Assembly: GCA_963815115.1 (NCBI GenBank)
Contig: CAWFFN010000007.1
Span: 192,001 to 256,000 of the forward strand
Reading direction: 5' to 3'
Source: an uncultured delta proteobacterium
Lineage (GTDB): Bacteria > Desulfobacterota > Binatia > DP-6
Length of the DNA stretch: 64,000 bases
Part shown: one piece after another, positions 49,591-58,615 of the stretch
How the letters are laid out: each line of letters begins with the position of its first letter
Position numbering within the stretch: position 1 is the first letter of the stretch
Notes under the pieces: model-generated
The model's database searches: none
Told to the model about the DNA's origin: nothing
Seen by the model: the letters and a program-made list of their open reading frames with translations, nothing else
Position numbers and translations under genes: made by a program

Positions 49591-50775
49591 TCAGGGCGTC
49601 GGATGCAGGAGGCCGACGGTGTGGCGCGCGATCATCAGGTTCTCGTCGGTCGGTACCATCCAGGCCGACGCGGGCGAGCCCTGCGGGGACAGGCAGGGCC
49701 CGCCCCGCCGATTTGCCTCCTCGTCGAGCCGGATTCCGAGCCAGGCCGCGTCGCGGCAGATGCGCGCGCGGATCGGCACCGCGTGCTCGCCGATGCCGCC
49801 GGTGAAGACGAGCGCATCGACGCCGCCGAGGGCGGCGGCCATCGAGCCGAGCTCGCGGCCGATCCGGTAGACGAAGAGATCGACCGCCTCGCGCGCGTGC
49901 GGGTCGTCGTTCTCCAAGAGCGCGCGCATGTCGCTCGACACGCCCGAGACGCCGAGCAGCCCGGACTCGTAGTAGAGGAGGTGCTCGAGCGCGCGAGCGT
50001 CCATGCCGTGGTGGTCCATCAGGTAGATCAGGGCACCGGGATCGAGCGCGCCCGGACGCGTCCCCATGACGAGGCCGTCGAGGACGCTGAAGCCCATCGT
50101 CGTCGCCACGCTCTGGCTGGCGCGCATCGCGCACAGGCTGGCGCCGTTCCCGAGATGCGCGACGACCACGCGGGCCGATGCCAGTCCGAGATCCGGAAGG
50201 CGTGACGCGATGAACTCGAAGGACAGGCCGTGAAAGCCGTATCGCCGCACGCCGCCGTCGGTGTACGCGCGCGGAAGGGCGAACGTGCGAGCGAGCCGCG
50301 GCTGGGTGTGATGGAACGCGGTGTCGAAGCAGGCCACCTGCGGCAGGTCCGGGTTGGTGGCGAGCAGGGAGCGGATCGGCGCCAGGTTGTGGGGCTGGTG
50401 CAGGAGAGCGAGCGGGACGAGACGCTCGAGGGCCGCGAGCACGTCCGGGGTCACGCGCACCGGCTCGGTGAAGGTCTCGCCCCCGTGCACGACGCGGTGC
50501 CCGACCGCCGCGAGCGGCCGGCCAGCGAGCTGATCGTCGACACAGGCCCGGATCGCGGCCATGGCACCATCGTGATCGAGCACTTCGGAAGGGCGACAGT
50601 CACGTTCGGCCAACGGCTCGCCCCGCGGCCCCGTGACGTGCAGCCGCGGCCGCACGCCGATACCCTCCAGCTCGCCGTGCGCTTCCGCCGCCAGGTCTCC
50701 GTCTGCCGCCCCGACGTAGAGCGAGAACTTCACGCTCGACGAGCCGGCGTTGACGACCAGGATGCGATCGGTCAC
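49591..50775 (-). CDS. ackA: acetate/propionate kinase
   Basis: NAGSSSVK, GHRVVHGG, FDTAFH, HLGNGAS, FTGGIGE. Confidence 0.95.
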   Translation of the reverse strand: MTDRILVVNAGSSSVKFSLYVGAADGDLAAEAHGELEGIGVRPRLHVTGPRGEPLAERDCRPSEVLDHDGAMAAIRACVDDQLAGRPLAAVGHRVVHGGETFTEPVRVTPDVLAALERLVPLALLHQPHNLAPIRSLLATNPDLPQVACFDTAFHHTQPRLARTFALPRAYTDGGVRRYGFHGLSFEFIASRLPDLGLASARVVVAHLGNGASLCAMRASQSVATTMGFSVLDGLVMGTRPGALDPGALIYLMDHHGMDARALEHLLYYESGLLGVSGVSSDMRALLENDDPHAREAVDLFVYRIGRELGSMAAALGGVDALVFTGGIGEHAVPIRARICRDAAWLGIRLDEEANRRGGPCLSPQGSPASAWMVPTDENLMIARHTVGLLHPTP

Positions 50776-52067
50776 GCGGCCGCCCCCTGTGCCCGCCAGT
50801 GGCTGTACAGCACGGCCACCGCGCAGCTCGCCATCTTGGCGCGCACGCTGTCGGCACGGCTGGTGAGGATGACGGGGGCGCGCGCCCCGAGCACGATCCC
50901 GGCGGCGTCGGCGCGCAGCAGGAAGGTGAGCTCCTTGTAGAGGATGTTGCCGGCTTCGAGGTCGGGGCAGAGCAGGATGTCGGCGTCGCCCGCCACCGGC
51001 GATGCGATGCCCTTGGTCCTGGCAGCCGCCGGGCTGATGGCGTTGTCCAGGGCGAGCGGGCCGTCGATCACCGCACCGGTGATCTGGCCGCGATCGGCCA
51101 TCTTGCAGAGCGCCGCGGCGTCGAGCGTCGAGGGGATGCGGGGCGTCACCGTCTCGACCGCCGAGAGCACGGCGACCTTGGGCGTGGCGATGCCGAGCGC
51201 GTGCGCCAGCTCGACGGCGTTGCGCAGGATGTCGATCTTCTCCTCGATTCCGGGGGCGATGTTCACCGCCGCGTCAGTGACGAAGAGCGGCTTGGGGTAG
51301 GTCGGGACGTCGAGGATGAAGACGTGGCTGATGCGCCGGGTGGTGCGGAGCCCGGTGTCGCGGGCCATGACCTCGTGCATGAGCTCGTCGGTGTGCAGAC
51401 TCCCCTTCATCACCACGTGGGCCCGGCCGCTGCGGACCAGCTCGACGGCGGCCAGCGCGGCCGATTGGCTGTCCGGCCGATCGAGCACCTCGACGCCGGC
51501 GAGGTCGAGGTGGCGGTCGGTGGCGAGCGTACGGATGGTGGCTTCGCGGCCGACCAGAATGGGCCGGATCAGCCCGATCCGGGCGGCGTCGAGGGCCGCC
51601 TCGAGGGAGCTGTCGTCGCACGGATGGGCGACCGCGGCGGTGAGCGTGACCACCTCGGCGACGCCGGCGAGGACCGTTCGCCGGTGCTGGTTCACCACCA
51701 CGCACTCGAGCACGACGGTGCGGTCGGCGGCGCGCTTCTCCGTCACGGTGAGCGTGGCCGTCAGGCTGTCGCCACCCTGGACGGGCTCGAGGAAGCGCAG
51801 GGTCTGCCCGCGATACACCGTGCCCGGTCCGGGGAGTGCCGTGCCGAGCACGACGGGCACGAGCATGGCCGCCAGCGCGGCATACCCGACGGGATAGGTC
51901 GGACCGTCGCGACCCGCGGCGGTCCCCGACACCTCCTCCGACTGGAGGCCGTGCGCCAGGACGGCCAGCATGGCGGCATCCTCGCGGGTGATCGTCCGCG
52001 TGAGGCTCGCCGCATCACCGACGGAGAGCTGGTCGAAGGTGCGGTTCTCGATGCTGTCGTCGGCCAT
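50772..52067 (-). CDS. MaoC-like domain plus phosphate acetyl/butyryltransferase fusion
   Basis: IENRTFD..LPGPGTVY hotdog fold; MKGSLHTD, TDAAVN, DGPLALDNA, LTSRADS. Confidence 0.88.
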   Translation of the reverse strand: MADDSIENRTFDQLSVGDAASLTRTITREDAAMLAVLAHGLQSEEVSGTAAGRDGPTYPVGYAALAAMLVPVVLGTALPGPGTVYRGQTLRFLEPVQGGDSLTATLTVTEKRAADRTVVLECVVVNQHRRTVLAGVAEVVTLTAAVAHPCDDSSLEAALDAARIGLIRPILVGREATIRTLATDRHLDLAGVEVLDRPDSQSAALAAVELVRSGRAHVVMKGSLHTDELMHEVMARDTGLRTTRRISHVFILDVPTYPKPLFVTDAAVNIAPGIEEKIDILRNAVELAHALGIATPKVAVLSAVETVTPRIPSTLDAAALCKMADRGQITGAVIDGPLALDNAISPAAARTKGIASPVAGDADILLCPDLEAGNILYKELTFLLRADAAGIVLGARAPVILTSRADSVRAKMASCAVAVLYSHWRAQGAAA

Positions 52068-52204
52068 CGCCCTGCGCGGCCCGGTCGTCCGGGCAAGTGG
52101 CTCGCACACCCGCGGCGTCGCGACAAGAGGCCCCGCGCGGACGGACGAGCCGGCCGCGCGCGCCGCTTCCGCTGGCGGCACCGCTGCGCTAGGGTCCGCC
52201 CGTC

Positions 52205-53407
52205 ATGGCGCACGTCACCTTCAAGCAGATGATGAACGAGGTGGTGGACTTCGGCAGCTGCTGCGAATGCGGCACCTGCGTCCTCGTGTGCCCCCACAAC
52301 GTCATCGACTACATCGAGGGCAAGCCGAAGCAGGTGGCCAAGGCCACGGCAGCCTTCGACTACTGCGGGATCAGCGAGGGGATCGGCTGCGACGTGTGCG
52401 CGCAGGTCTGTCCCCGCCTGGGCATTCGCGAGTTCGACATGCGCGATGCCGTCCTGCCGGTCGAGGCCGGCGTGTACGATGGACTCTTCGGTCGCTATCG
52501 CCGGGTAGTCGCCGCCCGCTGCAAGGACCCCGCGATCCTCGCCCGCTGCCAGGACGGCGGCGTCGTGACGGCCATCCTGTGCCATGGGCTGCGCGAGGGG
52601 CTGTTCGACGGCGCGTGCGTGTCGGCGGCCGACGAGAGCCTGCCCGCCGCTCCCAAGCCGAAAGTGGTCACCACGGTCGAGGACGCGATCGCCAGCGCCA
52701 GCTCGTGGTACACGTACTGCCCGAACGACCTCGCTCTCGCCGACGCCGAGCGCATGGGTCTGAAGCGCGTCTGCTTCGTCGGCGTGCCCTGCCAGGTGAC
52801 GCCGGTGCGCAAGATCCAGCTCGCGGATCCGGCGTTCCTCACCAACGGCCGCAAGAAGGAGAAGCACATCGAGCGCCAGACGAAGTTCCTGAAAGGCTTC
52901 GGCGAGATCGTCGATTTCACCATAGGCCTCCTGTGCACGGAGGTCTTCACCTACGAGGGCCTGATGGTCCAGAAGATCGAGCAGGAGATGGGCATCCCGC
53001 TCGCCGACGTGAAGAAGTTCAACGTGAAGGGGAAGGTGCTGATCTACCGGAAGGACGGCGAGGTGGTGGAGATGAGCCTCCACAAGGCGCAGGAGTACGC
53101 GCGCCCCGAGTGCCATCACTGCGGCGACTTCACCGCCGAGCTGGCGGACATCTCCTGCGGGGGCGTGGCGTGCATGGACTGGACGATCACCGTACTGCGG
53201 TCGGCCCGGGGCGAGGCGCTGTTCGACGACATGGTACGGCGCGGGCTGCTCGAGACCCGGCCCATGGAGGAGTTCGAGAACTCGATGCAGGTGATGCTGC
53301 GGCTCACGCGCAAGCAGCGCGAGCGCGTCCCGGTGCCGCCAGGCCGCACGCCGCGCGCCGTCCGGCCCGCCGGCTATCCGGCGGTCGCTTCCGATCCGGG
53401 TGCGTGA
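52205..53407 (+). CDS. F420-binding FrhB/FpoF-family subunit with N-terminal ferredoxin domain
   Basis: CCECGTCVLVCP and CDVCAQVCP; QDGGVVT, VGVPCQ, IGLLCTE, CHHCGDFTAELADISCG. Confidence 0.9.
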   Translation: MAHVTFKQMMNEVVDFGSCCECGTCVLVCPHNVIDYIEGKPKQVAKATAAFDYCGISEGIGCDVCAQVCPRLGIREFDMRDAVLPVEAGVYDGLFGRYRRVVAARCKDPAILARCQDGGVVTAILCHGLREGLFDGACVSAADESLPAAPKPKVVTTVEDAIASASSWYTYCPNDLALADAERMGLKRVCFVGVPCQVTPVRKIQLADPAFLTNGRKKEKHIERQTKFLKGFGEIVDFTIGLLCTEVFTYEGLMVQKIEQEMGIPLADVKKFNVKGKVLIYRKDGEVVEMSLHKAQEYARPECHHCGDFTAELADISCGGVACMDWTITVLRSARGEALFDDMVRRGLLETRPMEEFENSMQVMLRLTRKQRERVPVPPGRTPRAVRPAGYPAVASDPGA

Positions 53408-53526
53408 ACGTGCCCGCGTCCGAGGCGGCGCGGGCTTGGCATCACGCGCGCGGCCTGTGCTAGAGTCCTCGCGCCCCTGCGGTCGCGTGCCTCACGCCCC
53501 GCTCATTCCCAGCAAGGAGGTTGTTC

Positions 53527-54714
53527 ATGGCCAAGGCAGTCATCGTGAGCGCGACGCGGACCGCGATCGGGACGCTGGCTGGGGCGCTCGCCCAGCAGCC
53601 CGCCACCAAGCTCGGCGCCGTCGCCGTCCGTGAGGCGGTCAGCCGGGCGAAGCTCTCACCCGAGCAGGTCGACGAGGTCATCCTCGGCCACGTGCTGCCC
53701 GCCGGCCTGGGGCTGAACCCGGGACGCGTGGCAGCCCTCGAGGCGGGGCTGCCGAAGGAAACCACCTCCTTCACCGTGAACAAGGCCTGCGGCTCCGGCC
53801 TGAAGGCGGCCGTGCTCGCCGCGCAGGCGGTCACGCTGGGCGACGCGGACATCATCGTCGCCGGGGGCATGGAGAGCATGAGCGGCGCGCCGTACATCTT
53901 GAAGAAGGCGCGCTTCGGCGTCCGCATGGGCCACGATCAGCTGCTCGACTCGATGATCGCCGACGGGCTCACGTGCCCGATCACGCTCGTACACATGGGC
54001 ATCACGGCGGAGAACATCGCGGCGAAGTACGGCATCAGCCGCGAGGAGCAGGACGAGTTCGCGGCCGAGAGCCAGCAGAAGGCCGCCGCCGCCATCGAGG
54101 GCGGGCACTTCAAGGACGAGATCGTGCCGGTCGAGGTCGCCGGTGCGAAGAAGGGCGAGACCTTCCGGTTCGAGGTCGACGAGCATCCGCGCGCCGGCAC
54201 GACGGCGGAGAAGCTGAAGCCGCTGCGTGCCGCCTTCAAGCCCGACGGGGGCACCGTCACCGCCGGCAACGCCTCGGGCGTCAACGACGGCGGGGCCGCG
54301 GTCGTCATCATGTCCGATCGCAAGGCGAAGGAGCTCGGCCTGACGCCGCTGGCCACGATCCGAAGCTACGCCTCGGCCGGGGTCGACCCGTCGATCATGG
54401 GGATGGGCCCCTGGCCGGCATCGGAGAAAGCCCTCGAGCGTGCCGGCCTGCGCAAAGAGGAGATCGACCTCTGGGAGCTGAACGAGGCCTTCGCCGCGCA
54501 GTCGCTCGGCGTGCAGCGCGAGCTGAAGCTTCCCAAGAACCGAGTCAACGTCAACGGCGGTGCCATCGCGCTCGGGCATCCCATCGGCGCCAGCGGCGCC
54601 CGGGTGCTGGTGACGCTGCTCCACGCCATGGCGGCGCGCGACGCCCGGCTCGGGGTCGCGTCGCTCTGCATCGGTGGCGGCCAGGGCATCGCCATGGTGG
54701 TCGAGCGCGGCTAG
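53527..54714 (+). CDS. acetyl-CoA C-acetyltransferase (thiolase)
   Basis: [26 protein letters not shown]. Confidence 0.95.
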   Translation: MAKAVIVSATRTAIGTLAGALAQQPATKLGAVAVREAVSRAKLSPEQVDEVILGHVLPAGLGLNPGRVAALEAGLPKETTSFTVNKACGSGLKAAVLAAQAVTLGDADIIVAGGMESMSGAPYILKKARFGVRMGHDQLLDSMIADGLTCPITLVHMGITAENIAAKYGISREEQDEFAAESQQKAAAAIEGGHFKDEIVPVEVAGAKKGETFRFEVDEHPRAGTTAEKLKPLRAAFKPDGGTVTAGNASGVNDGGAAVVIMSDRKAKELGLTPLATIRSYASAGVDPSIMGMGPWPASEKALERAGLRKEEIDLWELNEAFAAQSLGVQRELKLPKNRVNVNGGAIALGHPIGASGARVLVTLLHAMAARDARLGVASLCIGGGQGIAMVVERG

Positions 54715-54719
54715 TCACT

Positions 54720-55005
54720 CGACCCGAGACTCCGTCTCGGGTCGAAGCGGAGACGAGCGTGTGGCGTTCGGTGGATGAGACACACGTCATGCCGCGGCCG
54801 GCAAAGCCGGCGCGGCAAAACGTGGCACCCTCTCGGCGCCGGCCGAATCCGTCCTGCCCCGCCCGCAAGCGAGCCGTGCCGGCTCGCAGCTCGCGCTCTG
54901 GAACATCTGCCGCGCCGGCTTTGCCGGCCGCGGCACGACGCCCGCACTGTTCCTCGCGCCTCATGCTTGGATCTCCGTCTCGACCCGAGACGAAGTCTCG
55001 GGTCG
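54720..55005. repeat. ~286-bp symmetric four-hairpin REP/MITE-like element, copy 2
   Basis: Terminal hairpins at 54720-54744 and 54981-55005; perfect 28-bp inner inverted pair at 54790-54817 and 54908-54935. Confidence 0.85.
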
Positions 55006-55016
55006 TTGTGTAGGCC

Positions 55017-55709
55017 GTGGCGGTTGCAGCCCTCTTCGACATCGACGGGACGCTGCTCGCGCGTAACACGGCCCACCTCTACATGAATCACCTCCGACGT
55101 ACGGGCCAGGCCCGGCGTCGGGACGTGGCGCGAACCCTCTACTACCTGTTCTGGTACAAGCTCGGGCTGCTCGACGTTCGCTCCGCGCTCGAGGTGTCGA
55201 TGGCCTTCGTGCGTGGGCGTGACGAGGCGGCACTGGCCGCCGACTGCGTCGCCTGGTATCGCGAGGCGGTCCGTCCCTACGTCTTTCCGAGCATGGCAGC
55301 GCTGGTCGAGGCGCATCGCCGTGCCGGTCACCTGACGGTCATCCTGACCAGCGCGACGCGCTACCTGGCCGAGCCCCTGGGCGCCGACCTGGAGATCGGT
55401 CACTTCCTGGTCACGGAGCTGGTGGTGCGCGACGGGCGATTCACCGGCGAGGTGATCGAGCCCGTGTGCTACGGGCGTGGCAAGGTGTACTGGGCCGAGC
55501 GCTTCGCGGCCGAGCATGGAGTCGATCTCGGACGCAGCTACTTCTACACCGATTCGATCACGGATCTGCCGGTGCTCGATCGCGTCGGGCACCCGCGTGT
55601 GGTACATCCCGATCCACGGCTGCGGCGGCTCGCGCAGCGTCGAGGCTGGCAGGTACTGCGGCCCCGACTGGGAGAGTTCGTGGAGGCGTCGGCAACCCGC
55701 GTGGTCTGA
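55017..55709 (+). CDS. HAD-superfamily IB hydrolase
   Basis: FDIDGTL, LTSA, GRGK, YTDSITDLP. Confidence 0.92.
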   Translation: MAVAALFDIDGTLLARNTAHLYMNHLRRTGQARRRDVARTLYYLFWYKLGLLDVRSALEVSMAFVRGRDEAALAADCVAWYREAVRPYVFPSMAALVEAHRRAGHLTVILTSATRYLAEPLGADLEIGHFLVTELVVRDGRFTGEVIEPVCYGRGKVYWAERFAAEHGVDLGRSYFYTDSITDLPVLDRVGHPRVVHPDPRLRRLAQRRGWQVLRPRLGEFVEASATRVV

Positions 55710-55742
55710 CGCACCAGGCGGCGGGGAGAAAGGACGGGCGGC

Positions 55743-55883
55743 ATGGGGCAGTATGGTGGAGGGAAGCAGAGCTCCCCGGCGCGGGCCCTGGTCCGGCCGG
55801 TGCTGATGCTCGTCGTCGGCCTGGCCGCGGGACTCCTCATGTGGCAGGTGCTCATGGCCGACTCCGGCATCCCGCTGCGCTGA
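55743..55883 (+). CDS. 46-aa single-pass membrane protein (below the ORF-track cutoff)
   Basis: AAAGGA SD; MGQYGGGKQSSPARALVRPVLMLVVGLAAGLLMWQVLMADSGIPLR*; ends 7 nt before dnaB. Confidence 0.55.
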   Translation: MGQYGGGKQSSPARALVRPVLMLVVGLAAGLLMWQVLMADSGIPLR

Positions 55884-55890
55884 CGCGCGC

Positions 55891-58527
55891 ATGGCCAGCA
55901 TCGAGGACAGCCTCCGCCGGGTGCCCCCGCAGAGCATCGAGGCCGAGCAGTCGGTACTCGGCGGCATCCTGCTCGAGAACGCGGCGATCGATCGTCTGGC
56001 GGAAGTCCTCCAGGCCGACGACTTCTACCGCGAGGCGCACCGCAAGGTGTTCCGTGCCATGCAGGCCCTCTCGGAGCGCAACGAGCCGGTCGACCTGATC
56101 ACGCTCCCCGAGGAGCTGCGCGCGCGCGGGGAGCTCGCGGCGATCGGAGGCGCCGCCTTCCTCGCCGAGCTCGCCGAGCGCGTGCCGACCGCCGCCAACA
56201 TCGTCAACTACGCCCGCATCGTGCGCGAGAGGGCAATTCTTCGCGGCCTCATCGCGACCGCCACCAGCATTGCCGCGCGCGGCTACGACCCGGGCCAGGA
56301 CGTCAAGGAGCTGGTCGAGCGCGCCGAGCAGGAGATCTTCGCCATCTCCGATCGCGAGGTACGGCCGGCGTTCGTTCGCATCGACCGGCTGCTGGGCGAC
56401 GCGTTCCGCACCATCGACCGGCTGCACGAGGAGCGCCAGCCGGTGACCGGCGTGCCCACGGGGTTCGCCGACCTCGATCGGCTGACGGCCGGGCTCCAGC
56501 GATCCGATCTGGTCATCGTCGCCGGTCGTCCCAGCATGGGGAAGACGGCCTTCTGCCTGAACATCGCCGAGCACGCGGCGCTGCGGGCCGAGGCCGGGGT
56601 CGCCGTATTCTCCCTCGAGATGTCGAAGGAGCAGCTCGCGATGCGCATGCTGTGCTCCGAGGCGCGCGTGGATCTGGCCCGGGTGCGCACCGGCCACCTG
56701 ACCGACCGCGAGTTTCGCGAGCTGGCCGAGGCGGCGGCACGGCTCTCCTACGCGCCGATCTACGTCGACGATACGCCCGCGCTGTCCATCCTCGAGCTGC
56801 GCGCGAAGGCCCGCCGGCTGCATCGCGATCCCGAGGCCAAGCTGAAGCTCGTCATCGTCGACTACCTCCAGCTCATGCGGAGCAGCGAGGGCAAGGACAA
56901 CCGCGAGCAGGAGATCTCCGAGATCTCGCGCTCGCTGAAGGCGCTGGCCAAGGAGCTCAACCTTCCCGTGCTCGCGCTGTCGCAGCTCAACCGCCAGGTC
57001 GAGAACCGCAATCCGCCGAAGCCCCGGCTGGCCGATCTGCGCGAATGTGTCACCGGCGATACGCGCGTCGTGCTCGCCGACGGACGGCGGGTCGCCATCC
57101 GCGAGCTCGTTGGAACGGCGCCCCGGGTGCTTGCCGTGTCGGGCGATCAGAAGATCGTTCGCGCAGCGTCCGACAAGGTCTGGCCCGTGGGTCGCCGGCA
57201 GGTGTTCGACGTTCGACTCGCGAGTGGTCGCTCGCTGCGTGCGACGGGTCGGCACCGGCTCCTCGGCGCAACCGGGTGGGTGCGCGTCGAGACGCTGTCA
57301 CCGGGCGCTCGCCTCGCCCTCGCACGAGGGCTGCCCGAGCCGGAATGCCCGGCACATTGGACCGACGCGCGCGTGGTCCTTCTCGCGCACCTCGTGGGCG
57401 ATGGGAGCTACCTGCCTCGCCAACCGCTCCGCTACACGACGGCGTCCGAGGAGAACAGCCAGGCCGTCCGGCACGCGGCGGAGACGGAATTCGGTGCACG
57501 AGTGAGTCGCCAGCCGGGGCGGGGACGCTGGCACCGGCTGGTGATTGCGGGCAACGGCAACCGCTGGCATCCGGCCGGTGTGGGGCAGTGGCTGCGCGAG
57601 CTGGAAATCCACGGGCAGCGCTCGCATGAAAAGCGGTTGCCGGCCGTGGTATTCACGCTCTGCAGCCGGCAGATTGCCCTGCTCCTCCGACACCTGTGGG
57701 CGACCGACGGGCACATTTCGGTGCGGAGCCCCGGAAGCCGTGGGCCTGGCCGCGTCTACTTCGCGACTTGCGGCCGGGGTCTCGCCGATGACGTCGCAGC
57801 CTTGCTGCTGCGAATCGGTATCGTGGCGCGGATCCGGACGGTGGCACAGCGCGGCCATCGCCCCGTCCATATCGTCGATGTGTCGGGGGCCGAGTTCCAG
57901 AGTCGGTTCCTCGAGGTCGTGGGTGCGTTTGGCCCCCGCGCGATTCCTGCCGCGTGCCTCGCGGAGGTCGTCGCCGAGCGGTGCCCGAACCCCAACGTCG
58001 GTACCCTGCCGCGGGAGGTGTTCGGGCAGGTGAAGGCGGCGATGGCCGCCCGCGGCATCAGCCAGCGGGCGATGGCAGCCGGCCGCGGCACGTCATACGG
58101 CGGGACCTCGCACTTCCGATTTGCGCCCTCCCGCGCGACGGTGTCGAGCTACGCGCGGATTCTCGAGAACGACGGCCTCCGGCAGGCGGCGGAGAGCGAT
58201 CTCTTCTGGGACCGTGTGGTGGAGGTGAGCCCTGCGGGCGAAGAGGATGTCTTCGACCTGACCGTCCCGGGTCCGGCCTGCTGGCTGGCGGACGGAATCG
58301 TCAGCCACAACTCGGGCGCGATCGAGCAGGACGCCGACGTGATCGCGTTCATCTACCGCGAGGAAGCGTACGACGAGGACACCGACAAGCGCGGGGTCGC
58401 GGAGATCATCGTCGCCAAGCAGCGCAACGGCCCCGTCGGCAACGTCGAGCTGACCTTCCTGCGCGAGTACACGCGCTTCGAGAACCGCGAGGTGCTGCAG
58501 GAGGAGGCGGGGCAGGGCCCCGGCTAG
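55891..58527 (+). CDS. dnaB: replicative DNA helicase DnaB, intein-containing
   Basis: PPQSIEAEQSVLG, AGRPSMGKT, VDYLQLM, LSQLNR, LRE/SGAIEQDAD, KQRNGP. Confidence 0.97.
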   Translation: MASIEDSLRRVPPQSIEAEQSVLGGILLENAAIDRLAEVLQADDFYREAHRKVFRAMQALSERNEPVDLITLPEELRARGELAAIGGAAFLAELAERVPTAANIVNYARIVRERAILRGLIATATSIAARGYDPGQDVKELVERAEQEIFAISDREVRPAFVRIDRLLGDAFRTIDRLHEERQPVTGVPTGFADLDRLTAGLQRSDLVIVAGRPSMGKTAFCLNIAEHAALRAEAGVAVFSLEMSKEQLAMRMLCSEARVDLARVRTGHLTDREFRELAEAAARLSYAPIYVDDTPALSILELRAKARRLHRDPEAKLKLVIVDYLQLMRSSEGKDNREQEISEISRSLKALAKELNLPVLALSQLNRQVENRNPPKPRLADLRECVTGDTRVVLADGRRVAIRELVGTAPRVLAVSGDQKIVRAASDKVWPVGRRQVFDVRLASGRSLRATGRHRLLGATGWVRVETLSPGARLALARGLPEPECPAHWTDARVVLLAHLVGDGSYLPRQPLRYTTASEENSQAVRHAAETEFGARVSRQPGRGRWHRLVIAGNGNRWHPAGVGQWLRELEIHGQRSHEKRLPAVVFTLCSRQIALLLRHLWATDGHISVRSPGSRGPGRVYFATCGRGLADDVAALLLRIGIVARIRTVAQRGHRPVHIVDVSGAEFQSRFLEVVGAFGPRAIPAACLAEVVAERCPNPNVGTLPREVFGQVKAAMAARGISQRAMAAGRGTSYGGTSHFRFAPSRATVSSYARILENDGLRQAAESDLFWDRVVEVSPAGEEDVFDLTVPGPACWLADGIVSHNSGAIEQDADVIAFIYREEAYDEDTDKRGVAEIIVAKQRNGPVGNVELTFLREYTRFENREVLQEEAGQGPG
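57046..58311 (+). mobile_element. intein with LAGLIDADG homing endonuclease (422 aa)
   Basis: Starts CVTGDT, block B ATGRH, LLAHLVGDG and LLRHLWATDG, ends VSHN followed by Ser; inserted in LRE^SG. Confidence 0.95.
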
Positions 58528-58615
58528 GCTCCCCCAGGCCCGCGAGGGTGCGGCGCGACGTCGGGGGATTGGACGAGCTGATAGTGGGATCTGATTCGGC
58601 TCCTCGGCCCAGGCG

